Source of the DNA: Thiohalorhabdus sp.
GTDB taxonomy: Bacteria; Pseudomonadota; Gammaproteobacteria; Thiohalorhabdales; Thiohalorhabdaceae
Length of the DNA: 64,000 nt
NCBI RefSeq assembly: GCF_036628635.1
Contig: NZ_JAZKRM010000011.1
Location: 3,468 to 67,467 of the forward strand
Reading direction: 5' to 3'
The notes beneath the pieces are model-generated. The model was given only the letters and a program-made list of their open reading frames with translations. It did no database searches and was not told the DNA's origin. Made by a program: the position numbers and the translations under genes. Below, piece by piece: positions 1 to 7,828 of the stretch (its first letter is position 1; each line of letters begins with the position of its first letter).

Positions 1-65
1 GCCGCCTTGGCTCCGGTCCCCTGTTTCGTAACCCTGCCGAATTGCTGGATGGGGTCCCGGCACGA

Positions 66-497
66 TTACGAGCTGGAAGTGCTCCGCTCTCCATCCGCCG
101 CACAGACCATTCGGTTCCGGCTCTCGAGCTTGGCCTGGTAGAGGGCCTCGTCGGCGGCGGCTAGGAGGCTGTGCGGGTCCCGGCCGGTGTCGGGGAAGAG
201 GGCTCCGCCGATGGAGACGGTGACGGGCTCGGCCAGATCGGCGTCCACAGCGGGGGCGACCTCCTCCGCCACGCGGGAGCGGATCAGCTCGCGCCCCCCC
301 CGGCGCAGTCCGGCTTCGTCAGCCTCGGGGATGGTCACGGTGAGCTCCTCGCCGCCGTAGCGGAAGGCGCTGTCCTCCCGGCGCAGGCTGGCCCCCAGCA
401 GACCGCCCAGCTGCCGCAGGATGGTGTCGCCGGTCTCGTGGCCGCAGGTATCGTTGAAGTGCTTGAACCGGGCTAATTCACCGGAAACCCTAGACAA
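66..497 (-). pseudogene. 5'-truncated diguanylate cyclase (only the C-terminal ~140 aa of a GGDEF domain)
   Basis: The translation carries the GGDEF core (FNDTCGHETGD, RYGGEEL, SIGGA, ALYQAK). The first ~25 domain residues and any sensor domain are missing. Similarity stops near 490, where IS-like sequence begins. Confidence 0.6.
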
Positions 498-502
498 AAC
501 TA

Positions 503-764
503 TGGCGTGAGGGCTTATTCCTTAATAATTAGTGGTTTACAAGCCATTAAAACAAAGGAGAAGCCTCACGCCATGGGTGAAACGGTAGCCACCTTTCGGC
601 CTTCGTTCAACCGGTCCCTCATCGTCGAAGCCCGCGAGGACAACCAAAGCAGCGATGGCGGTCTCGTCCTGGTCCGCGAGGTCCTAGAGCGCGCCGGCTC
701 CGCCGACGTCCTTTTGGGGTCTCCAATTACTCGGCGGTGGAAGGGGGTAGCTGGCCACTCATGA
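503..764 (+). mobile_element. IS1380-family-like insertion sequence remnant (leader hairpin plus first ~50 transposase codons)
   Basis: ATG at 573 gives MGETVATFRPSFNRSLIVEAREDNQSSDGGLVLVREVLERAG, typical of IS1380-type DDE transposase N-termini. Similarity is lost after ~720 and the rest of the transposase is absent. The AT-rich leader has a hairpin, GGCGTGAGGGCTT (504-516) with AAGCCTCACGCC (561-572). Confidence 0.55.
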
Positions 765-800
765 ATACCGCGGGATCCAGGAGGGTCGGTGTCTGGCAAC

Positions 801-1967
801 CTACTCCGCCGGCCAGTAGGGCGTGCCGAGGCCCTCGCCCAGATCGGCCTCGATGAGCCGCCGGCGAACTTCCAGCAGGTGCGCGAGGAGCTCGGGCTCG
901 CGCTCTTCGTAGGCGGGTTCATCGGGGACGCGGCTGACCACCACGCCGAGGAGCTCGGTGATGGCGTTGCCGATGGAGTTCTGGGAGATGGTGACGATCA
1001 GCTTGCCTTCCTGATTGCGGTAGATGAGCTGCTTGAAGGCGGGCTGCCAGCGGATGGCGTTGGCCGCCTTGGCGTTGTGGAGGCAGTGGTCGCGCACCTT
1101 CTTTGCGGTTTTCATGAAATCGTTGTTGAACAGCAGCACGCGCTCCACTGCCTCGGGGAAATAGAGGTCGTCCAGCATGGGGGCGTTGCGGGTGGAGACC
1201 TGGGCGAAGAAGCTGCGATAGAAGTCGAGGAAGCCCTTTAGCACCTCGTCGTATTCCTGCCAGAAGCGGGGGTCCCGGAGCTGGGCCGCCCCGCCCGGGA
1301 TCTCCCAGCTCGGCAGGCCCTGGGGGTAGCCGGTCAGGTCCACCCGCGCCGAGTCGTCGCTGACCGGCCGCAGCACTTCCAGGTCCAGGGCCGTGTGGAT
1401 GAACGCCCGGTAGACGTCGTGCATGTACTGTTCGAACAGGGAGTGCTGGCCGCCGTCGGTGAGATTGGGGTTGCTCGGGTCGGCGAGATCCGCGTGGCGC
1501 AGGTCGTCCAGGGGGAAGACCATGAAGTGGTTGTGCAGCATGCGGATGCTGGGCACACCGGGGGCGGTGAGCGGCCAGGTGGCGTCCAGACTGGCCTCGC
1601 CGGACAGAACCAGATGCTTCTCCGGATCCGGATACTGCTCCAGCATGTAGGCGATGATGGTCTGATTCATCCGGTTCCAGACCCGCTTGACGGGCTCCGG
1701 CACCTGCGTCCGGCGCACGGGCCGCCCCAAGGGGTCGAGGATCGACTTGGAGGTGTTGTAGATGATGGAGGCATCGAATTCGTTGCTATGGCCCAGCGCC
1801 TTGCGATAGAGGAGCAGGTTCTCGGGATTCGACAGCAGCCCGTTATTGTTCACCAGATCGTTGAAGTTCTCGGCGCTGTTGAAGAACTCGTTGAGCGCCA
1901 TGCCCTCGGGGACATCCAGCGGGATGGGCCGGTAAGGGGTAACGATCTCGCGGGGGCCGCGCTGCAT
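801..1967 (-). CDS. hypothetical protein, 388 aa, possible divergent HIT-like fold
   Basis: Long ORF. The ATG at 1967 is preceded by AAGGAGG with a 5-nt spacer. I recognise no family. The segment GVPSIRMLHNHFMVFP resembles a histidine-triad strand. Codon usage is less GC-biased than in neighbouring genes. Confidence 0.75.
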   Translation of the reverse strand: MQRGPREIVTPYRPIPLDVPEGMALNEFFNSAENFNDLVNNNGLLSNPENLLLYRKALGHSNEFDASIIYNTSKSILDPLGRPVRRTQVPEPVKRVWNRMNQTIIAYMLEQYPDPEKHLVLSGEASLDATWPLTAPGVPSIRMLHNHFMVFPLDDLRHADLADPSNPNLTDGGQHSLFEQYMHDVYRAFIHTALDLEVLRPVSDDSARVDLTGYPQGLPSWEIPGGAAQLRDPRFWQEYDEVLKGFLDFYRSFFAQVSTRNAPMLDDLYFPEAVERVLLFNNDFMKTAKKVRDHCLHNAKAANAIRWQPAFKQLIYRNQEGKLIVTISQNSIGNAITELLGVVVSRVPDEPAYEEREPELLAHLLEVRRRLIEADLGEGLGTPYWPAE

Positions 1968-2187
1968 GGAAGCCTCCTTATCGCTTGGGGCCGTCGAGTC
2001 CACCCGTGACCACGGGGTACCGAGACCCACTCTACCATCCGCTCTGGCCCGGACCGGCGCCCCCACCCCTTACGGGAGGGTGAGATGGCTCGGAGCCCGT
2101 ACCAAGCTGCCCCTGGGGGTTCGGTCCTTGACTCGTCACGAGTGGCATCTGAGGCACAACGGGTTGCCGGAGTCTTGAGGGGGGAAG

Positions 2188-3084
2188 TCATGCGGGAAGG
2201 CATTCCCCCAGTCGTTCCGCCAGGGCGGCCGGCTCCATGCCGAGGTCGGTGAAGGTCGCGGCCCCCGGGGTGACGACATTGTCAGTGGCCATGAGGGCGA
2301 CCTGGTCTGTGGTGAGCGGGGGGTCGGGGAGGAGTCCGGCCAGTGCGGCCAGGGTGCGCCAGGCGGCAAAGGGCACGGGCAGCAGGGGGCGCCGACGGCC
2401 CTGGTGGGCCAGGATCAGCTCCAGGATCTCGCGGTAGGTATAGACCGCCCCGCCGCCGAGCTCGTGGGTCCGGCCGGCGGTCCCGGGGTCCCCCAGCAGC
2501 CGCGCGAAGGCGGTGGCCACGTCCCCGACGTACACGGGCTGGAGCCGGGTTCGGCCCCGCCCGAAGAGCGGCACCACCGGCAGCCGGGTGATCGCCGCCA
2601 GGTTGCGCAGGAAGGCGTCGTCGGGTCCGAACAGGACGCTGGGGCGGAGGAGGTTGGCGCCAGGGAAGGCGTCACGGACCGCCAGCTCGCTCCGGCCGCG
2701 GGCGGCCACATAGGGCGAGCCGGCGTCGGGATCCGAGCCGATGCCGGAGACATGGGCCAGGCGGGCCACCCCGGCCTCCCGGGCCCGACGGGCCACCCGC
2801 GCGGCGCCGTCCACGTGTATGGCCTGGAAAGTGGTGCTCCCCTGCTCCACGTACAGGCTCACCACATTCACCGCGGCGTCGGCGCCTTCCAGGGCTTCCG
2901 CCACCTCGCGCTCCTGGCGGATGTCGGCCCGGACCGGCTCGGTCCGGGTCGGGTCGGCGCCGTCGGGGACGGCCGGGTGCTGGGCGGCCACCCGGACCCG
3001 CCAGCCTTCCCCGGCCAGTCGCCGGACCACCCGTCTCCCCAGGAAACCGGTTCCTCCGAATACGGTTACCCGTTCGCCTGCCAA
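2188..3084 (-). CDS. NAD(P)-binding SDR, complex I NDUFA9-like / NmrA-like family
   Basis: N-terminal Rossmann motif VTVFGGTGFLGRRVV and atypical-SDR-like body. A TTG start at 3084 follows a GGAGG. The long upstream ORF extension to 3456 has no homology-like content. Confidence 0.8.
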   Translation of the reverse strand: MAGERVTVFGGTGFLGRRVVRRLAGEGWRVRVAAQHPAVPDGADPTRTEPVRADIRQEREVAEALEGADAAVNVVSLYVEQGSTTFQAIHVDGAARVARRAREAGVARLAHVSGIGSDPDAGSPYVAARGRSELAVRDAFPGANLLRPSVLFGPDDAFLRNLAAITRLPVVPLFGRGRTRLQPVYVGDVATAFARLLGDPGTAGRTHELGGGAVYTYREILELILAHQGRRRPLLPVPFAAWRTLAALAGLLPDPPLTTDQVALMATDNVVTPGAATFTDLGMEPAALAERLGECLPA

Positions 3085-3352
3085 GATGGATTCCTCCAGG
3101 AACGCAGTTCCCTGAATGCCTTTCAACCAGCATTCAACGCGAGGTTGCCGACTGCAAGGATAGCGGCACGGGCTTGTCCTGGCAGGGATAAACGGATTGG
3201 GCCTTAGCCCCATTCCCAAGTGCCGTCCGATAGACCGCGGAGCCGCGCCCCCAGGCGGCGCTAACCGGTAGTCGCAAGGCCGCGAATACGCCAGACTGGC
3301 CCTGGGTTGGGTGTGCTTTCCTGATCGGGGAAATCTGCCGGAGAGAAGGGCC

Positions 3353-3811
3353 ATGACCATACGTAGCCTTTTAGGAGCCTTGCTTGGCGCTTCCGTTACC
3401 TTCTTCAGCCTGGTGGGGCCGGCGGCGGCGCAGGCGCCTTTATGGGCCAGCGGCAAGGGGGCGTGGCCGAGTAGCTGGGGTTATGGCTCTAACCCCGCCA
3501 CTACCCCCCGGCTCAGCCCCAATGTCATGGGCGTCGACTCCCCCTATCGCCGCCGCCTGAGCGGGATTGTCAGGGATTTCGCCACAAATCGCGCCTCTCT
3601 TAGGGTGGAGCTTCAGGATAAGCGCCTGCAGTTGCGCTCCGAGCTGGCCCGGGCCCGGCCTAGGCGCAAAGTGGTGAAGGACCTCTTCAGCGATATCTTG
3701 GGCCTGCGCCTGGAAATCCAGCAGAACCGGTTGGAGGCCATGCAGCGCTTCCAGGAGGCCCTTAGCGAGGTCCCGGCCGAAGCCTTCCTATCCGGTCGTT
3801 TCCAACGCTAG
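3353..3811 (+). CDS. periplasmic Spy/CpxP/ZraP-like helical protein
   Basis: Signal peptide (MTIRSLLGALLGASVTFFSLVGPAAAQA) followed by a helical repeat region (LQLRSELARARP, LRLEIQQNRLEAMQRF). Confidence 0.5.
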   Translation: MTIRSLLGALLGASVTFFSLVGPAAAQAPLWASGKGAWPSSWGYGSNPATTPRLSPNVMGVDSPYRRRLSGIVRDFATNRASLRVELQDKRLQLRSELARARPRRKVVKDLFSDILGLRLEIQQNRLEAMQRFQEALSEVPAEAFLSGRFQR

Positions 3812-3955
3812 TGGCGGGGTAGGGTGTCAGGGCCTGCCTTGCCGACTCTCCCGGATGAAGGCCGAATGGTTGGAATAGTCCCGGGCTGTGCAACAACCCC
3901 AAGGGGGTCTGATATAGTTCCTCAACTACCAGTTTAGGGGCAAAGGGGGTGGGCA

Positions 3956-4609
3956 ATGGACTTGTCCATCTATAATCCGAGCCAATTTCCCCGCCCTGCG
4001 GCCCAGAGCGGGGCTTGGCTCCCCCCGCGTTCCGGTGCTCCCAATGGTGTCAGCGGCGGCGACCAGGCGCGTCCCGCCGAAACCGGCCGAGCGACCACCC
4101 CGCAAGACGGCCCCGAGGGCTCCTGGCGCTCTCCCCCGAACCGGCAGACCGAATCCAACGCCCACCCCGATACCCAGGAACAGCAGCGGGCCCGTGAGCT
4201 CCAGGCTCGGGATCGGGAGGTTCGCTCCCACGAGGCGGCGCATCTGGCCACCGCCGGCCCCTACGCCGAGGGCGGGGCTCAGCTCCAATTTCGGCAGGGA
4301 CCCGATAACCGGTTCTACGCGGTGGGTGGCGAGGTCCAGCTGGACACATCCCGCCCGGAGGATCCGGACAAAGCCCTACACAAGGCCGAAACCTTGGTCC
4401 AGTCGGCCCTGGCCCCCGCTGAGCCCTCCAGCCAGGACCTCCGGGTCGCGGCCCAAGCTCGGGCCATGGCCGCCGGGGCCCGGGCCGAGCTCCAGCAGGA
4501 AGGGGGCGGCGGCGCCGGTGAGGCGAATCGCTCCGACTCGGCCTATCGCCGGGCGGCCGAAGGCGATTCCGCCGACCGCAGCGGGCGCCGGCTCGACCGC
4601 ATGATCTGA
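3956..4609 (+). CDS. SprA-related family protein (putative metalloprotease)
   Basis: Contains the family core RDREVRSHEAAHLATAGPYAEGGAQLQFRQGPDNRFYAVGGEVQLDTS and the trailing ALAPAEPSSQDLRVAAQA segment. Confidence 0.7.
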   Translation: MDLSIYNPSQFPRPAAQSGAWLPPRSGAPNGVSGGDQARPAETGRATTPQDGPEGSWRSPPNRQTESNAHPDTQEQQRARELQARDREVRSHEAAHLATAGPYAEGGAQLQFRQGPDNRFYAVGGEVQLDTSRPEDPDKALHKAETLVQSALAPAEPSSQDLRVAAQARAMAAGARAELQQEGGGGAGEANRSDSAYRRAAEGDSADRSGRRLDRMI

Positions 4610-4850
4610 ATCCTTCTTGTCTCCCCCGCCGATCTGGGCGCCCCGCTTAGCCGGCGCTCGAGCCCGTTCCATGCCTTGCCGGTCCGTTTCCCTGCCATAG
4701 GGCCCAGGGGGTCAAGGGTCCTATTTTTGGCCCGGTGTCCGTTTTCGTGGCGACCGGGATCCGGTGGTATCCCCGCATTAAGGTTGGTAGCGGGACTTTC
4801 TGGGCTCGATCGACCGGAGGAAGGCCGGCTGTGTGGGGATTGGGGCGGGG

Positions 4851-5132
4851 CTAGCTCGGGCGATCGGAGGGGTCGGGGATATCCACGGCGCTTTCCGTCC
4901 ATGGCAGGTCGGTGGGGGTGTACTGGTCCAGGAAATCGATGAGGTCCTGGCGCCCCAAGAGCTTGTGGCTGGCTTCGCCCATCAGAACCACGGGGCATTG
5001 GTAGGCGGTCTGGAGCGTCTCCACGAGCTTCTCGGCGCTGTCCGGATCGACGATGGTTCCGTCCTTGACCGATATCACCGCGAAGCAGACATCGTCGTCC
5101 TGGATCATGGCGTGAACGACGGGTAGGTGCAT
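4851..5132 (-). CDS. hypothetical small cytoplasmic protein (93 aa) downstream of the ECF sigma gene
   Basis: Intact ORF on the same strand 180 nt downstream of the sigma gene. No recognisable family and no transmembrane segment. Confidence 0.5.
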   Translation of the reverse strand: MHLPVVHAMIQDDDVCFAVISVKDGTIVDPDSAEKLVETLQTAYQCPVVLMGEASHKLLGRQDLIDFLDQYTPTDLPWTESAVDIPDPSDRPS

Positions 5133-5311
5133 GGTCTTCCCCGGGCGGTCGGTGGGGTTGTAACGGAGGGCGCTACCCTACCCAAAAACGGCCGGCTTGT
5201 GGGGTCGTCCGGAGAACCTGAATTGCCGAAACCCGCGGCGAGTTACCGGCGGAGGGTGCCTGGTTCCGGGACGGGGGGAGCGGAAGAGCCCGGAAGGCCC
5301 AGAATCTCCGC

Positions 5312-5905
5312 TCAGCTGGCCTCGGCGGAGTCCTGGCGCTCGCTAATGGCCATGCGGGCCCGGAAGATGCGCGAGCGCACCGTGCCGATGGGGCAGTCCA
5401 TGACATGGGCGATTTCCTCGTACGACATGCCGTCCAGCTCCCTCAGAAGGAGGGCCTGGCGGTACTCGGGCTGCATCTCCGCCACCGTCTCGGCGATCAG
5501 GTCGCCGAGCTCGTGGGAGCGCGCCAGTGCCTCAGGGTTGGATTGCTCCATCATCACGCCGGTGCTGTCGAGCTGCTCCATGGGAGTCTCCTCGAACTCA
5601 ACGCTCGCCGGGCGCCGGCCCTTGTGAGAGCGGTCGTTCTTGGCGGTGTTGATGGCGATCCGGTAAAGCCAGCTGTAGAACGCGCTGTCGCCTCTGAATT
5701 TGCCCAGATAGCGATAGGCCTTGAGGAAGCTTTCCTGGACCACGTCCTCGGCGGTGGCGGGGTCGGGAATGATGCGGGTTACCGCCCTATAGACCCGGCC
5801 GCGGTAGCGCTGCACGAGCAGATCAAAGACTCCCGCCTCGCCGTTTTGGGCGCGGAGAATGAGCTGGCTATCGCTCGGGCGTTCGGTTTGCGAGCGCGCT
5901 GTCAT
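5312..5905 (-). CDS. ECF (sigma-70 group 4, RpoE-like) RNA polymerase sigma factor
   Basis: Region 2 (DVVQESFLKAYRYLGKFRGDSAFYSWLYRIAINTAKN) and region 4 (YRQALLLRELDGMSYEEIAHVMDCPIGTVRSRIFRAR) are clear. ATG at 5905. Confidence 0.9.
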   Translation of the reverse strand: MTARSQTERPSDSQLILRAQNGEAGVFDLLVQRYRGRVYRAVTRIIPDPATAEDVVQESFLKAYRYLGKFRGDSAFYSWLYRIAINTAKNDRSHKGRRPASVEFEETPMEQLDSTGVMMEQSNPEALARSHELGDLIAETVAEMQPEYRQALLLRELDGMSYEEIAHVMDCPIGTVRSRIFRARMAISERQDSAEAS

Positions 5906-6058
5906 TACGGTTCCCTTCTTGGTCTCCGGCCCCGGGTCCGGTATGCCCCTCGGGTAGAAGGGGGCGGGCTCCCGGAAGCCAGGCGGGAGGCGCAGTTCGC
6001 TTCGGCGCCCTGTTGGTTGGGCATGGCCCATGCCTCGCCGCCAAGGTAGTTTTACATT

Positions 6059-6098
6059 AAAACTATCTCGAAGAGATTAGCACTTGTCAAGATAGTTT
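6059..6098. promoter_or_regulatory. 9-bp inverted repeat AAACTATCT-N22-AGATAGTTT in the divergent sigma/MarR intergenic region (candidate operator)
   Basis: Perfect inverted repeat at 6059-6067 and 6090-6098 in a locally AT-rich 70-nt intergenic region, immediately upstream of the MarR start at 6119. Confidence 0.45.
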
Positions 6099-6118
6099 CA
6101 AAGCGATACTTTTCATTC

Positions 6119-6757
6119 ATGGAACCTCCAAAGGCAAACAGCCCGCCAGCCCTGGCGGCCCTGATGCGTCACCTGGTTGCCCTGAGTGAGCCGGAGGGTT
6201 CTCGCAATGGCCTGACCCCGGCCCAGTGGAGCGCGCTGCGCTTTTTTGCTAGCGCCAACCGTTTCTCACGCACCGTCTCGGCATTCGCTGCCTACAATGT
6301 GACCTCGCGCGGGACTGCCTCGCAGACCGTCAAGGCGCTGGAGCGCCACGGCTACCTTTGCCGGGAGACGGTGACAGCCGACAAGCGCAGCGCCTACATC
6401 GACCTTACCGAGTCCGGTCGGGCCAAGCTCGCCGAGGATCCGGCGGAGGTGCTGGCCACGGCCATCGCGGCACTGCCCGAAGAGGCCCGCCGAGGCCTGG
6501 ACGCCAGCCTGGACCAGCTGGTGGACCGGGTGGCCGGAGCCGGGGGCAAGGACCGCTTCGGCACCTGTCCCGATTGCGCCTACCTGGAAACATGTCCCCA
6601 TGAGGACGGCGAAAGTGACTGCTACTACTGCCGCCTAACCGGGGAGCAGGTGCTCCCTGAAGAGCTTACCGCCCTGTGCGCCGCCTTTCGGGATGAGGCG
6701 CCGGCGGGCTCCGGTCCGGAAGGAGGCGAAAGGGGCGGCGGAGTCAGCGGTGGGTAA
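6119..6757 (+). CDS. MarR-family transcriptional regulator with a Cys-rich C-terminal extension
   Basis: Winged-helix MarR core (LTPAQWSALRFF, GTASQTVKALERHGYLCRE, DKRSAYIDLTESG) followed by CX2CX5CX8CX2C (CPDCAYLETCPHEDGESDCYYC, nt 6566-6631). Confidence 0.8.
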   Translation: MEPPKANSPPALAALMRHLVALSEPEGSRNGLTPAQWSALRFFASANRFSRTVSAFAAYNVTSRGTASQTVKALERHGYLCRETVTADKRSAYIDLTESGRAKLAEDPAEVLATAIAALPEEARRGLDASLDQLVDRVAGAGGKDRFGTCPDCAYLETCPHEDGESDCYYCRLTGEQVLPEELTALCAAFRDEAPAGSGPEGGERGGGVSGG

Positions 6758-6820
6758 CCACGGGAAAGGGGGCGAGCGAAGGGCCATCAAGCTGGCCCGC
6801 CGGCGCTTTCCCAGGCCCTT

Positions 6821-7237
6821 TTATTCCTCGTAGCCGACCTTGACATAATCGGCGCCGTGGCGAAGCACATCCTGCCACTGCTGCGCCAGGGTGGGATGGA
6901 ATTCGGGGTCATACTGCCGGGCGGCCTCGATCATGGCTTCCACCCAACAGTCATAGAGTTACGGTGGGATGTTGAGCCGGTCGCGGCCGTGGGTGTAGCG
7001 GATGCGCTCAAGGGCGTTCTGGCTGGTCACGCTACCGTCGTAGAACCCGATGACGTGGTTCCCGCCCTGCCGGAGTAGCCGTTTCTGCTCGAGCCAGTCG
7101 GTATTGACGAACAGTTCGGGGACCCGGGAATCGCAGTCGCAAAAGATGCGGTAGAAGGTGTCGAAGACCTCGCTCTCGGCGTAGTGCAGGGCGCGCCCGA
7201 GGCTCTGCTTGACGGCGGAGGCGGTATGGGTGGCCAT
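6821..7237 (-). pseudogene. single-domain bacterial globin interrupted by one in-frame TAA (6959-6961)
   Basis: The 92-aa ORF has globin B/E/F helix signatures (FDTFYRIF, LFVNTDWLEQKRLL, RYTHGRDRLNIPP). After the TAA the same frame continues with LYDCWVEAMIEAARQYDPEFHPTLAQQWQDVLRHGADYVKVGYEE to a stop at 6821. Confidence 0.7.
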
Positions 7238-7828
7238 TTTGCGGTGTCCTCTTTCCCCTGATTGGCGTGCCGGCCCCTCCCTTTACCTGCCTTTGGCTAA
7301 AAGGAACAGAAGTAAAGTCCCGCCGAGTGCCCGGGGCCGGAGTCCATGAGCGACTGGGTGAGGCCCGTGGGCAGGTTTCGCCGCACACGCGCCGCCCCGT
7401 AACCGATCAGGTTGGCGTAACCGAGCCGGGGTCCCCGAAGCATTTTGCCTCCAGACCCGGTAGGGATCCCAAACAAACCTCTGTTCTCTTTAGTGTTTGC
7501 CCGGCTGGGCGGCGATCTCCCGGGATTCCGCTGTCCCGGGCCGTCATTAATCCGGGGGATCCTCGAACCTGGCGTCTCGAGTATGGCCCATTCCGGTTGC
7601 GGGGACCAAGCACTCCTATCCCTGACCACAGCGGCGGACGGGTATCCTGCTATGTCAGGGCGCTATCCCGATCGGGCGGTTTAGCGACAATCCAGGTCAG
7701 ATCCGGAGCGAGGGGCTGACCGGGTTGGCGCGGCCCCGCCGCGGCGTGCACCATCGGCTCACGGCTGGCTAGCCGGTCTCCACCGCTCGCCTGGGAATGG
7801 TGTCCTCCACAGCCGGGGAAGTCCCCGC

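Noticed and set aside
2188-3456. Full 422-aa version of the SDR ORF, and the similar long N-terminal extensions of the ORFs at 15012, 16840, 34116, 51344 and 46604
   Set aside because: The upstream parts have no domain content and overlap neighbouring genes or intergenic regions. Internal starts with Shine-Dalgarno sequences coincide with the beginning of family homology.
5127-6049. Plus-strand ORFs 5127-5627 and 5405-6049 overlapping the ECF sigma gene
   Set aside because: They are antisense to a gene with clear sigma-70 region 2 and 4 motifs and have no features of their own.
7311-7323. RNase P P4-like string GTAAAGTCCCGCC
   Set aside because: None of the other conserved RNase P regions (GGTAAGAGC, ACAGAACCCGGCTTA) occur nearby on either strand.
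7551-7580. tRNA/tmRNA-like T-arm on the minus strand (GCCAGGTTCGAGGATCCCCCGG)
   Set aside because: The GGTTCGA-like loop is not flanked by complementary T-stem halves. There is no acceptor stem, CCA context or anticodon arm. At most it is an eroded att-like fragment.
7567-7623. Partial resemblance on the minus strand to the cobalamin riboswitch core (GGTCCCCGCAACCGGAA, GCCATACTCG, GCCAGG..AGGATCC)
   Set aside because: The GGTG..AA.CC element and a proper B12 box are missing. The only downstream gene on that strand is a globin more than 300 nt away. This needs an Rfam covariance search before it could be claimed.
7692-7722. SRP-RNA-like string CCAGGTCAGATCCGGAGCGAGGGGCTGACC
   Set aside because: The invariant GGAA tetraloop/AGCAGCC domain IV consensus is not present. 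The similarity is limited to about 15 nt.
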